In this document: positions 13,077 to 26,640 of the stretch, piece after piece
How the letters are laid out: every line of letters starts with the position of its first letter
Position numbering within the stretch: position 1 is the stretch's first letter
From: Sphagnum compactum
Lineage: Eukaryota
Direction of reading: 5' to 3'
DNA length: 64,000 bases
Assembly (NCBI GenBank): GCA_965153455.1
Contig: OZ234493.1
Location: 22,000,213 to 22,064,212, forward strand
Notes under the pieces: generated by a model
Database searches by the model: none
What the model was told of the DNA's origin: nothing
Seen by the model: the letters and a program-made list of their open reading frames with translations, nothing else
Translations under genes and position numbers: made by a program

Positions 13077-13506
13077 TCTACCTTTCGTCTAATGGACTCT
13101 CTGGTCCGAAACGGACGTAAAATTGTAAATAGTAAACAGTTTAGGTTAAATGGTTTGGGTTCATCCCAAAACGCCCAAAATGGCCAAAACAGTCTCATCC
13201 ACAACTGGTGCGTTGGTGGGTCCTGGTTCACTCAAGCCTTCATGTATGAGTTGTCAACAACAGTTCTTCGATTTCATGCACTTGTTTGATTGTTGAGGGT
13301 TTTTCTACGGTGGTTGGGCCTATTTCCCTGACAAATAGTGCTAGAGAATAAACAAAGAATAAAGACAATGCGAGTTCAATTTTGGTAAACAAAAAAAAAA
13401 ATTATAATCTAGCCTCAAGTGACTGAATAAGTCTTGGGAAATTTTTGAAGTTTTATTATAGGGCGGCATGTTGATGTGACTAGGCTTACTAGTTTCCACC
13501 ACAAAG

Positions 13507-13670
13507 AGCCAATAGCCAATGTTAGTAGCGAATAACTAATGGCCAATAACCAATAGCCATAGCCAATAGTCAATGACTAGTAGGAATAGCCAATGGTCAA
13601 TAGCTGATAGCCTAGGTAGTAACCACTAGCCATGATCAATAGCCATAGCTAGTAGCCAATAGCCAACGGC
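13507..13670. repeat. Degenerate (AATAGCC)n tandem repeat
   Basis: Repeated AGCCAAT/AATAGCC heptamers. Confidence 0.75.
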
Positions 13671-13842
13671 CTAAGAGGTGGGCAGCCCCTAGGTGGAAAC
13701 AAATAGTTTGATGGCCCCATGCCAGGAATCCCATCCTGAGTTTTCCCACTTTGGACCCCACTTGGACCTCTATCTTGAGACGTTACAGACAACATCAAAT
13801 AAGGGATGAGGGATGAGAGAGAGAGTGAGAGAGGGCCCAACC

Positions 13843-14257
13843 GGGCATTACCTTACGGAACTATATAGTTAATCCACAGAATTCAAGAGTAATTATAGCA
13901 ACAGTCCATGCAAGAGGAATGAAGGTCCTCAAGAAATAAAAAGGACAAGGTGAAATTCAACTTACCAATGAGTTTCGTGGTATTCCCCATTCAGTAGCAG
14001 TGAACCTTTTTTTTCCACTGTTTTAAAAAAAATCACCACCTTTATAACCAAACTCTAAATAATATTGTTATATTTCCTTTATTCTACGAATATCTTTATT
14101 GCCATCAAATCCATTCACCTCTAATTCACAACTATTTTTGAAAATGTACAATATTGAATCTACTACTATTATTTTCCAATAATATTAACATTTACCTTAC
14201 ACTCATATGAATGATAGACGGAGGAGGCCTTTAAGAGTTTGGTGTAAGGTAATGACC
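13843..14257. mobile_element. Possible MITE
   Basis: Inverted ends GGGCATTACCTTAC (13843-13856) and GTAAGGTAATGACC (14244-14257), 13/14 match, around an AT-rich interior. No TSD found. Confidence 0.35.
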
Positions 14258-17200
14258 TAGCAGCATGGCACTACACCTTGTGCCGAGCGAGGGTGGAGCC
14301 TGAATTTTGTATTTGGGCATTTTTGTATCTTCGCGATTATTTGGCATAATGATCAAGGCTGGCCAATATGGGAGGGAGGACATATGAAACAAAATCTTCT
14401 GGTAATAGAGTCAGCGAATACGACAAAAATTTCCCGCCGGAATGGTGGGAGGCCCCGCCCTGCGTGAAGGCATTTGGTGGTAAGTAAGTAAGGCCCTGTT
14501 GTTAGGACATTAGGCCCTGGGAGCGCAGGGTGGAGCCTGAGGTCCAGGGCATACGGCCCTGACAGCAGGGCTTACCCGGTGTAAAGGACAAGGCGTCTTA
14601 CATCTCTTTTGCAAGTACACGAGACTTTGAAGGCACATGAGGAAGTTGCTTCATCTTTTCGAGAAGGCTATCTTCCGGGATTTAAGGAGGCCTCTGAATA
14701 CACTACAAACTGTAGCAGAATCGAAACCCCCTCCTTACATCGCATACTCTTCAGCAATGCAGGAACTTGGTTGTTCAATAAGGATCTGACACCTTGATAA
14801 ATTAATCAGAACAAGTTGAGAGTAGCAATGAAGAGTACCTTAGATAAACATTATCAGTTGCTGAGTGCACTAGCTTGGAATAATGGAAGTCAGATGTAGT
14901 AGTACATCATGAACTGCAGTGCATAAAAAACGATCAGATTGCAAACATGTTACTTGCCAGTGAGGACTGAGGACCTGGTCATGGCCAGCCTTTTCTCTTA
15001 TTAGCAAAATTTCGTCAAGAATCGAAATTCAAAATTCAAAAATGAAATTATTCTGAAGGGTTTTTTAATTTTCAGAAGTCAGGGGAAAAACAGTAAAAAT
15101 TACCGGATTATTATAATGGTTTTCAGTGTGCAGCCAAAAAAGGTCATTGCCATAAATCAACCTGCAATCTCAAACTGGTTTAAACCTTAAATTTAAACAA
15201 CCAAAGAATTCAAAATGAAACAACTACATAGTTACATGACCATTGAAAGGTTCCCAGCCAATCAAGACCTTATAACTAATCATGTTATTTTTATGTCACA
15301 TGATTTTCCTTCATGACAAGGTTGTAGATTACTCGGTTTTCCGTTTTTACCAATAGCATAATAAAAAAATTTACAATTTTTTACAACCATGACAATAATG
15401 GTTCCCAATATTTGATCTTCTGATGCTTAAAAAATGCCTTGGAAAATGAAAATTTTGTAAGGAACAATAATTCTTGTTAAATAAGATATAGAATAGATGT
15501 CACAAATATTTTTCCAAAATCATTGATTTACATTATTAATGTAATGTTTTATGTGATTGTTACTCAAATTACAAAAAAAACGTTTGGGCAAATTCGATAG
15601 TAATGAAATGCATAATTAATCTTTCATTCTAAACATGGTTGAATTTTTTGAATGCTTCCCTTTAGTGCTAACCATTTTGAAGTGTTGTTGAGCCATGTCC
15701 TTTAAACAAGGCTACATATTCAGTCATGTATACAACATCTTACCACTAGAAATAAATTGAGGGTACCATACAAAGCTAAGTGACCCAATTCCTTAAACTC
15801 AACTATCCCTAATAGTAGAGTTCATGTTTAAGATCTCATTAGTTGTTTTTTTTTTTTTTTTTTAGCTTGTTGTTGGTTGCTAGAAATCCCTTCTTGATTT
15901 TTTGAAAAACTTAGTGTTGGAGAGAATTGACCAAGTTCTCAATATTTTTAAATATAAATTATAATGTGGTTCTCAAGGTATTTGGTTGTCATTCATTTTA
16001 GAACAATCGGTTTTCAACACCAATTTTCACAAATTCAATTCTCAATTAAAAAAAAATCCTATCTACTAGAGTTTTTCGTAAAGTGACCTTAATTTGACCT
16101 ATTTGGTGCCCTTCTTTCATCCCCGAACCTTCTTTCAAGCTTTAAGTTCACTATTGTAAATAACAATTTTTTTAAAATATGGGAATAAAATGTTGAAACT
16201 TAGGATTAAATGCACATGGTTTGAAAACATTTGTAGTACCACCAACATCGCCAATGAACAATATTGATTAGTAGACATCTATACAAAATAATTAGATAGG
16301 ATGAAATTTAGAGTTTGAGGTCCAATTGAATTCTATTTAAGTCCATTGTATTTTTTTCACTAGGTTTTTAAAATCTCATCCTTTCTATGATTTTATGATT
16401 TTTATTTATTTATTTTATGGATAACTCTACCACCTATTGGGTTGAGAATTGGACTTGGTTTCAGCCCATATGGAAACTTGGGTCTCAATTTTTTTTAAAT
16501 CATTGAGACTAGTTTTTTCTTAATAGTCACCTGACACTTGACATGTATTTTTAAGTTCCTTTTCCTATATACAAGGGTGAGAATTGAGATTGGTATTTAA
16601 AACTCAATACCTTTTTCGAGTATCAAGTTTTTTAAACAAAAAGAACATGATTGATTTTCTCAACTTAGTGATAACCAAGAAACTTGAATTTCAACCTTTG
16701 TGTGAGAAAAAATGAGAACTAGTAAAATTTAAGGTGAGAACCGCCTTGAAAATCGAGATGGTTTTCACCTTATTCTTATGAATTGCCCAACATTGGAATG
16801 CACCTAGGAAATTAATGATGGTGCTCATATTTGCATCAAGCCTATTGGTCTTTTCACCTTAAAACCAAAATGTTCATTCATGGTGGATTTCGATACGATA
16901 TTTATTGCATTGCTCTATGGCTTAAAAGGACCAGACCTAGATAGAAGGCAATTTGGATGTGTTATACTATTCAAGTTATTTTTGTATTATGTGTGATATG
17001 TGTGTTGACAATGATGGTTGTATGTGGCAACATAAGAATGCATGATGTTAGGAGTTTTTTTGTTGGTCACATGTATACATCCTAATTATTATATATAAAT
17101 TGAGGTAAGTAAGCTTGAAACTTGTTCTATTGTGAACAAAATTTTAAATATTTGGTGTGTGGGATATAAGTTCAAGTTTTGTGATTTCAAATCACTTTTT

Positions 17201-17804
17201 GTGTTTTGAGATTTCAAAACACACATGTTTAGTTGTTACTTGTTTTCTATGGTTTATACAAGTTTTTTTTAAATTGAATTTGTGTGATTTCCATTATTGT
17301 TTTTGGGCTTGGATTCTTATATTGTTACATTAGAATAATATTTTGATTTGCACGTATCATGTATCATTCAAAATATTTGTATATTCTGTTGTATGTGTGT
17401 TGATAGCAATGAACCATTGTAAACATTGACATAATCTTGTTCAAAGGTTTTTCCATTGGAGTAACATGGTTCCATGGTGTCTCTCTTATAGCTATCGAGA
17501 AAATCTGCATTAAAAAAATTTGCAAATTGCCATCAATTTGTCTAAGAGTTCCTACATGAAAATGTAGCTTCGGAGATATTTGTATCATTGTCTTTTTCTT
17601 CAATATTCTTGAGATACTAATGACAAAAAAAATTTACAATAAAATTTTTTTACATGTAAATAGCACATAGAATTTGATCGTGATGTTCCTTCAACTTGGA
17701 CCCCATTGCTGCTTGCTTTTGGATTGGAGCTAAAAGGAAGGACCACCCCTTGTTTACATGTGTGTGGGCATTGAAGAGGAGCCAACTTGGTGTTTTATAT
17801 GTAC

Positions 17805-18375
17805 AAAAGATGATGACAAGCCTCTCAGGTTATCTTTTGTGTTTTTTCTTCAATTATAGAAGACAATGACACGTTAAAAGGCTCATCGTTGTCTTGTGGT
17901 TTTTTTTTTGGGTTGTAGAAAGTGATGACAAGCCTCCTGGCTCATCGTCATCTTATGGGTTTTTTTCTTGGGTTACAAACGATGACAACAAATTGCAAAG
18001 CTCGTCGTTGACTTATTTTTCTTGAGTTGCACAAGACAACCACGAGCCTTTCAACTCATCATCGTTTTGTGCTACTTTTTTTTTAAGTTGCAAAAAACAA
18101 TAATGAACCAGGAGTTCATTGTCATCTTGTGGTTCTTTTTTAAATTGTAGAAAACAACAATGAACCTTTTGACTCATTATCATCTTGTGGGTTTTTTTCT
18201 TAGATTGCAAAAAAAAAAAAAGGCAAGAAGTTCGTCATCATTTTATGCTTATTTTTTTGAGTTGCACAAAATGACGACAAGCCTCTTAACTCATCATCAT
18301 CTTGTGCTAGTTTTTATTGGGTTGTAAAAGACAATCATGAACCAAAAAGCTCGTCATCGTCTAGTGCGTTTTTGT
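17805..18375. repeat. Degenerate ~60-bp tandem repeat with internal dyad symmetry
   Basis: Units of the form GATGACAAGCC...GCTCATCGTCATCTTGTGGTTTTTTT...GTTGCA/GTAG repeated about 9 times. Confidence 0.7.
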
Positions 18376-20559
18376 TATTGTTGTACACAAAGGTGCCATG
18401 TGTCATGTCAAAAAATGAATGTAATTATTAATAAATTATTAATTATATAAAAAATGAATTAATGTAAATAATTAATCAATATAACCAAATAGTTATAATA
18501 AATATAAATGTAATAATTTATTTGTATGATTTTTATATTATTTAAATTGAATTATAATGAAAAATATAAATACAATAATCTAATTTTATAATTTTATTAT
18601 ATTAATTAATTTTAATAAAAAATAAAACTTTAAAAAAATAAGGCCCTTAAACCTTTCAATATAATGAATAATATTTATTATTACTAATAGTAAGAACATT
18701 TAACTTTACAATTCTTCTTGTTGCAAGTTGTTGTTTTGTATTAAAAAGTTGTAGTAAGTTGGAAAAAAAAAATTATTATCCATTTTTATATGTTGTTTGT
18801 AATTGTTTGTTTAAGGGAGATTGAAGTTCTTTGACAATGGTGGCAATCACCATTGCTGGGGAGATTCAAGTTTTTTTTCTTTTTTGGTTGGATTGATTAT
18901 TGTTTAAGGATTTAAGTGTTTTTGTTGTAGGATGGCACGTCCCTAGAAGAAATTTAAATATTGAGGAAAGGTGACCAGTGATAATTAACAACAAGTGAAT
19001 GTTGTAACAAATGTGGAGGAAAGTGTAGTGAAAGAAAACATTATCATATGTATTCTTACTCTTGATGGTAAACTTTAAACCCACTCCTATTCTTGAAAGT
19101 AAATTTGTTGTGATGGATGATATGTTTCACATGATAGGGTTTAAAAGAGTGTAATGCAACACATTATGAATAAAAAATCCCAATCCAAACTATAAACCCC
19201 ATTTTCATTTTGTATTTGAAAAGGGAAACAAGGTTTTTTGCTTCCCTAAATTTTTCCAAGCAATATCCTCATCATTTTAAAGGTTAAGCTACTAGCCCAT
19301 TTGTAATGCCCTCCTTGTATTTAGGGTTTTCTTACTGGTCTATTTGCAATACCTTCATATTTTTTAAGGTGTTATTGCTAGCATGTTTACAATACTTTCA
19401 TGATTCTTAAGGATTACTTGCTAGTTTGATTTGAAATGTTATTCTTGTAGGGGGTCTACTAGTTTCACATGAAAGTGATTAAGTAGAAATACCACCAAAT
19501 CATGTAATGGAAGATGCAAATTGGGTTCACAAAGGGTCAAGGTGGATCATTAATGGATGCATTAACACTTATGTGGTTAAATGGTTGTTTCGCTAACATT
19601 TCGACAATAATCACAAGCTTTGCATGGAGGTAGGCAAATATGGTCGTCCTTCTACTCATGTTGGGGGACTAAAGCAACAAAATCACCATGTTATGAACAT
19701 TTGAATTTTGAACAACCACATCCAAGGAAAAAGCGGAATCAAAATAAAGCCCTTCATCTAGTGAAAAAAAAGTGAAGTTAAAGTGGGATGAACTCCAAGC
19801 CTAAACACAACAAATGGAATAGGTTAAATGGCCTTTGTTCATATGTTTAACCTACAAGATCTTGTTGGGCATCATTGGGATTCTCGCATGAAGGGTGGGG
19901 TTCATCCCACAAAGTGCATGGGTGTGCTTTGAAAAGGATGAAAACTTTGTTGACAAAATTCAAATAAGCAAAATTACCTATGCAAAGCTTTTGAAAGTTG
20001 CATGGGGTGCTCAAAATTAGACATTGGAATCCAATAAACGCAATTAAGCCAAAAAAATGGATCTAAGTATTACAATTCCAAAATCATTCATGGGTGGTAT
20101 ATTCCATACTTATACTCTCTTTTTGTTAACATTGTTTGCATCTTAATATTGGAATCTAAGTTTCATTTATTTTTTGTGTTAGGTTTCGAGGCACAACAAA
20201 AGAGGCTTTTGTTACATATGCAATTCAACTTGTGCTTGAGTGTCGTCAATTATTTACTCATCATCATGCAACAAAAGTTATAAAAACTATAACAAAGTAT
20301 CAAACCATTATGGGCATTCCTTCTAATTCATCCTCCTTGGAAGAATAATTATAGATATAGCTTTATTGCACATACGTATCATTTTTGTATTAAACCATTA
20401 TAGAATAAATTAGCATGATATATTTTTATTCCATCCTTTTTGTAATGTGGTTATTTGAACATTTTTGTATCACTCCACTTGTTTTCATTTTGATTTTTAA
20501 TTTTTGGATTTGTAGATTTTGGGATCATCTTATGCCATGTTCCACACAATACCCCCATC

Positions 20560-21098
20560 CACAATTCCCAAATGGGAGTCCCAAAACACTAAAAATTGGG
20601 ATTCTTACGACTTTGTTGGCCCATAATTTTATGTGACCTCCAATTGAAGTGAAGTCTGAAACAAAGTTGTAGCCCTTATTGAAATCTTTTCAACAATATG
20701 TCACATGCCATTTACACGCAAGGAAATTAAGGCGATTCCCAACTTCTAGTGGTCGGGAGTCAAATTAACAACTTGACTCACAACTCTTCTTTTGGCCATA
20801 ACTTGTGTTTTAATTACCCAAATGGGTCATGTGATCCCATTTTAGACATTAATTTCTAAGAGCTTTCCAATAATATAAATAACATTTCAATCCAATGGGT
20901 TTTGACCTTTACAATCGTTTTTTGAATATTCAGGTGTCCAACTCCCAAAGTGGGAGCTCACTTGGGATTGTGGAGGTTCATTCCCTCACACTCTCCCACA
21001 CTCCTGGGAACATGAAATGTGATTCACGGGCTTCATTCTTGGCTCGCACCTTTGCAAGCCCTTGCCTTGGTCACGAGCTCAAGATTAAAGTTGCGACA
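20560..21098. mobile_element. Diverged partial LTR related to the 6707-7525 solo LTR
   Basis: Shares AAAGTTGTAGCCCT, GTGGTCGGGAGTCAAA and CCATAACTTG segments and the TTGCGACA terminus with the 6707-7525 element. The other end is not identifiable. Confidence 0.75.
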
Positions 21099-23249
21099 CT
21101 AAAACATTTAAGTAATACCTTCATTATCCTTATCATGAAATACTCGTACAATAACCTTAAAGAAAAAATGTAATTTAATATTTTTATATAATTACATTGC
21201 CCATTTTCATGAAAGGACCCCTTGGTGCATAAACCAATTTATTTATGTGGATATTGTAAACTTTTGATCTTCTTTTATTTATGGTTGAATTTTCCATAAA
21301 GCGTTTGAAATTGCAATACTTGCGTATCAACCAACACGTGTTCATGTTCCATTACTCCAATTTAAATTTTTGTTCAATATATGTTTCAAACAGATAAAGG
21401 GGACATTGGGTTTAAGGTTTACGAAAATTAAGCCCACCTTTTTGTCATTAATTGTTTTAAGATAACCTTTTTCCTAACATTTATATTCTTTTCATGGAAT
21501 ATTTTGTAAGGGAATTTATGTATTCACATACACACACACATATAAACAAGTTTTGATTTCTTTTCTTTTTCATTAAAATAGACGAAAATGAAGGTGATTC
21601 CATGGCGAAGATATGCATTATAAAAACTTTCCCACTAGTTAGGGTCCCACCTCCCCCCCAAATTAGGTTTAAGACACAAGTTTCTTTGGTAATTATGTAA
21701 AATTGTTTCATAGTTTTATTACAAGTATGTATCCAATTGATAATCTACACACAATTTAGGGTTATGCAAAAATAATTCCAAAATTAAATTTAACACTTAC
21801 TTTTAAAAAAATTGTTAAATTCCAACATTAAAGTGATGCAACCAATTCTTTTTGTGTTTATTTAATTTAGGGTCAATGTAGGAAATATTTTTGCATACAA
21901 AAGTTTTAGTTCAACATTTTAGGGTTCATTGTATAGGTTTGTTGAATTTTTCAAATTTAACCCTATGCATCCATTAGGTTGTAATGTCTACATAATTTAT
22001 GGTTTTTGTAAAAAAAATTACCAATATTAGGTTTAAGGTTTTATTTGGTATGAAATTATTTACTTTTTAGATGAAAGTTAAAGTTTTCAATTTGTAATAT
22101 CATACCTTATCATCCTATGTAAGATCCCAAATGCAATACTTAGGTGAATTTATGTTATGTAACTGTCATTGATTTAATAATGCAAAAACTTGTTCCTTCA
22201 TCATTTAATTAAATGTATAAAGTTATGTAAGTATATATTGTCTACTAGGTGTGATACTTACATCTAGTGTATATAAAAAAAAAGAAATATCCAAAAGATA
22301 CCTATATTAAAAAAATAAACCAATTATCAATACCTTCATCTTTAGGTGTAAACATTGATTGTGGGCATGTCCCAATTTTTCCAAACCCTAATTTGCAATA
22401 CCTACATCATTTGAAATCAGTGTTAAAATGATCATTAAGGCAATTTTTCTTTCATTATTGTATTATAAAACTACCATTTTACCATAATAAACTTATCACA
22501 ATACCTACATAAATCTATATTATGTACCTTCATAAAAAATCCCTTTCTAGTAATAACTATTTATTATGTAGGTATTGCAAAAATTTAATCCTCCATCATT
22601 TAAGGGGGATCTTGTCCACCAAATGTAATACTTACATTTAATGGACTAAATGTAATAACAAATATCCAAACATGTGATATTTGATTTTTATAAGTAAAGA
22701 AAATCCATTAAATTAAATCATCATTCTAATGAGAAAAGGTAAAATAATACCCACATTAATTGGTCAAATTCCCGACTGGAAAGAATAGGGAATTCGCAAT
22801 ATTTTCATCTAACGTACTAATATATAATTAATACCCATGAAAGATATGAAAATATATGCAATATTTGTATTAGTACCTGTCAACCTTTAACTATGATATA
22901 CCTTAAACCTTGCAATACTTGCATGTAAGACCAATTTAATGCCACAATAAACAAGATGGGTAAATATTATTTGCATATTGACTTGGAGATTATTGTACAA
23001 TTGACCTACAATACCCACATTATATAGGGTGGTAGTTTAGTTGTACATAATGCGAGTATGTAATACCCACCTTTATATGACATTTGAGTGAGATATTTTT
23101 ATTTGGGAATTTTAAAATACATGTGTTATATAGCCTTAGTAATGTACTTTAACTTTCAAACCCTATATGTTCAATGATACAAAATCAACACATAAGTAAT
23201 TTATTCTTTGACACAATTATAATATCATGCACATTTTAATAATGGACAA

Positions 23250-24060
23250 TTAAAATGGGGGATAAGTACAAACAATTTTGTGTTGTTGTTTGTATTCATG
23301 AACCTTTTTCTTACGGCTATTTCCATGTTTTAATATCATCTCATGCCAATCCTTCATCTTATGCATTAAATTGCCAAGTCCATCATTATCACAATGAAAA
23401 GCTATGTTGAAATGCATGACTTCATTCAACTTGGAAATGCAAATATTTCGTACATCTATTGTAATGAGACACAACAATGATGTGGTGTGGTATATGAGTT
23501 GAACCCCACCTTTTTTTATTTCATTGATGATTTCTTACATTATGTCACCCATTCGATCAAATGTTTTCTCCGTGGGGCTGGATGAACTTGAAGGTTGGTT
23601 GTGACCCTTGTTTTTTCTCACATGGGGGGAGGTATCATCTAGTGTTAGAAGCCCACACATATCAACAATCCATGGTTGTTCAAAGTGATCTTCATCGACC
23701 ATTTCACCATTAGATTCATTGTTATAAATGTGCAAATAGGTATAGTCCACAAACATGGCAAGAAAACCTCCATGATCAAATCCATAACATGTCCCATAAT
23801 ATTGAATGATATATTTTTTAATGAAGTCGATACATGTAAAAAAAATGGCAACTTGATGTTTGCACAAGTTTCCACACAATGTCTATTCACATGTGCAACA
23901 AACATACTTGGTGAAAGGAAGTGGGACCTTATATGTCATATGTGGAAGTTGTTGATGTCATACCATCCATGCATGGCCGGTTTTGATTGAATCATTTATT
24001 TCATGGGTGATATGGGTGTGAGGGATCAATGTGACCTTTTCAATGTTCGCTTTCACAATG
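23250..24060 (-). pseudogene. Decayed MULE/Mutator-like transposase C-terminal fragment with SWIM zinc finger
   Basis: Minus-strand translation PFTKYVCCTCE*TLCGNLCKHQVAI fits the SWIM pattern C-x-C-x7-C-x-H. Stops and frameshifts present; limits approximate. Confidence 0.65.
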
Positions 24061-25098
24061 AGTATAACTAAAATTTTAATTTTAAATGATGGTAAAAATA
24101 TAAGTAGTGAGAAGCAAGTAGTGAAAATCCATATTGATACTCTGTGAAATATATATTACATGTTAAAATATTCTTCGTTTTAACTTCTAATGCTTGAAAT
24201 GAAAGCTAGTAGAGTGTCTAGAGTGAAGGTTACAAGAACGCCTGGAAGGCTCCTACGACGCTTATATCGTGTGAGATTCATGGAAGATACGAATGGAAAA
24301 ATCAAGAAAGCTAATGTGGCATGACAAATGGGTCGCGCACATGAAGGAAGAGGCGCAGAAGATGCCGTGCGAGAAGTAGATCTGCCTACGATCAGCCACA
24401 AAACCTGGCAGGCAGAAAATCCTAACGTTCTGCTGGGTCGCACCCTGCTTGCCACTGTAGCTCCCTTTCCGGCGTGCCCACGAACTGCGGTGCTCCGTTT
24501 AGCACCCTGCCCAAGTCTCTCACGAGTTTCACCGTTCACCTTCGTGCTCACCCGTCTGCATTCCATAGCCATTTTCTCAGTGCACACAATACAGGCACTG
24601 TGTTTCTCAAAAAATTTCTTTGAATCACATTTTCTTCTGTCTTTCTCACCGTGGAACCGTCTCAAGAGCCACGTTTCCTGTCCCAGATGATGATGGGTTC
24701 AAGCTCTTCACTTCCCTTGTTCATTGTGCCTCGCACAGCACTTTCAACTCCACCCAAATCCAAGAGAGATTGGCAAGGATTTTTGGACCTATTCCAGAAA
24801 CAACTACCTGGAAGCCACTCAATGCAATTAAGAATTCATTTTCTTGTGACTTTAATAAAACCGCCACGCGCGACCTTGTTCCCCAGCTTTTACCGATGAC
24901 TGCTGGCTTTACAAAGGATACTTTCAGGACTCCACAACTGAAAGGACGACCATAGAGTCGACTGCTGGCTTTACGAAGGACATGTCAGGACACCACAAAT
25001 GACAGCACGACAATGGATGGCTCACGTTCGTATGGCAAAACCTTAAAATCTCCGGACAAGTTTTTAAAAGACCCAAAAGATTGCACCATAAGATTTTC

Positions 25099-25481
25099 TT
25101 GGCAAAGGCTCACTTACCAGGTAGCTTCTGTAGGCAGTAATGATTAACGTTGTGGAACGGACAATGAGATAAGTGTAAGGTAAAGTTGGGAAACACACTC
25201 TTACCAGGCAGTTTCTGCAAGGTTGCTTCCCCTACCAACCTCCCACAATTTGGCAAACGTTCACTTACTAAGCAGCTTCTGTAGGCAATTATGATGAACG
25301 TTGGGGAACAAACACACTCTTACCAGGCAGTTTCTGCAAGGTTGCTTACCTTACCAACCTCCCACAATTTGGCAAACGCTCACTTACCAGGCAGGTTCTG
25401 TAGGGAGTTACGATGAACGTTGTGGAACGGACAATGAGATAAGTGTAAAGTAAAGGTTGGCAAACACACTCATACCAGGCA
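25099..25481. repeat. Tandem repeat, about three 120-150-bp units, each with two CTTACCAGG-type subunits
   Basis: Near-identical blocks TTACCAGGCAGTTTCTGCAAGGTTGCTT...CCAACCTCCCACAATTTGGCAAACG and AACGTTGTGGAACGGACAATGAGATAAGTGTAA recur. Confidence 0.9.
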
Positions 25482-26532
25482 GAATGAATTCAAAACTAGG
25501 GCCTAAAATTCAGGTGACTTTCAACAGAACTTCATTATCCCAATTTTCCAAGATACTGATAGTTCACCTACAGAGCAAGCATGCAACCCTTTGCATTAGG
25601 TGGGCACCTACACGCTTACATACACCTCATGTTTGACTGGGAGGAGATTGGGAGAAGGTGGGAAGAAGTTGAACCCACCAAAGAGGAAAGTTCAATAATG
25701 CTAACTTCACGCCTAAGGTGAAGCCCTTGGGTGGAGGGCATTCCCCAAAAGGGGCCTTATGAGATACCCAGTAAGCCAAGTTTGGCCCCACGTTTATGAC
25801 CAGGTACTTAGGTATTCATTCATCTTTGCCTTAGTTAGCTGGTGCACCCATGGTGTTGTTGGGAATGTCTTGAGAACATTGTGAGGAACTTGGAAAACTA
25901 TTTGGGAACGTCACGGGAACACAGTGGGAACAGAACAAAAACCAAAAATCCACCTCCCCCCCCCCCCAATTCTCATTGGCTGCATGAAATTTCTATTTTC
26001 AAACTGGGCTAATAGGGGCCAAGGCAAATTGACCCCCACATTGGGATCATGGTAAAAACCCATGTGGGCATCAATTCGCCGTGGCCACTAATAGGTACCC
26101 CCATTATAAAACCGAGGGTACTTATTGAGAATGTTTCTCACCCATGTGTGGGTATCTACTTATAGTAGAGCACGCATAAGGTCACTCCCGGCCTTAAGGA
26201 GGAGGTATAAGGACCCCCTCTCTAGGATATTCCTGGATGTGAAGGTACCCTCCAAATACGCTAGGAAATTTCTTGAGTGCTTTCCAGAGATGTCCCCCAG
26301 AAAGGCTTGAAGAGACCAGATAAACACAAAGACCGAAACACTGAACGTGCCCAGAAAAGCAGTTCACGGAGGTCTTGGCCGACACATACGTAGTCGTGTC
26401 GGCAGAGTTCGCACAGAGAGGTGAGATCGGAGAGCGAACGTCGTGGTAGGCGTTAGCTTGTATTCCGTGGGTAGCACAGGAGTCGGAACCGCGTGACGTT
26501 GATCCAATTGTTTGTAGAGTGGAAATCCATCA

Positions 26533-26621
26533 GTGAGTGTGTTGGTCCTCTGTTGTTCTTCTCAGCTCACTCCACTTTTTTTGGACATCGTATTTTCTCG
26601 TCTGAAGGGCGTCATTTTTAG
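26533..26621 (+). other. Probable 5'-UTR intron of the kinase gene
   Basis: GTGAGT donor at 26533, pyrimidine-rich body, TTTTTAG acceptor ending at 26621, 19 nt before ATG 26641. Confidence 0.5.
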
Positions 26622-26640
26622 GGCTGCTCTTTTTCTCAAA

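Larger units (their letters stand above)
8550..13140 (+). mobile_element. Near full-length two-ORF non-LTR retrotransposon (LINE, RTEX/RTE-like), inactivated
   Basis: ORF1 followed by an APE endonuclease-RT-CCHC ORF2, a short 3' UTR and a GTAAA(T)-type repeat tail at 13117-13140. No clear TSD. Confidence 0.92.

Noticed and set aside
13083-13122. Hammerhead-ribozyme-like CTAATG...GAAAC...GTA at the LINE 3' end
   Set aside because: The CUGANGA core is not intact and stem I is essentially absent; a plain stem-loop explains it.
8518-13150. TSD for the LINE (GTTTAGG on both sides)
   Set aside because: The match is short and imperfect beyond 7 bp, and the motif is common in this window.
25099-25481. 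CRISPR-like repeat/spacer array (also considered for 47311-47751 and 54535-55430)
   Set aside because: The spacers are themselves repeated, there are no cas genes, and the context is eukaryotic.
26533-26640. 36-aa N-terminal extension in the 823-aa ORF call
   Set aside because: It starts at GTG and overlaps a likely 5'-UTR intron; ATG 26641 is the better start.
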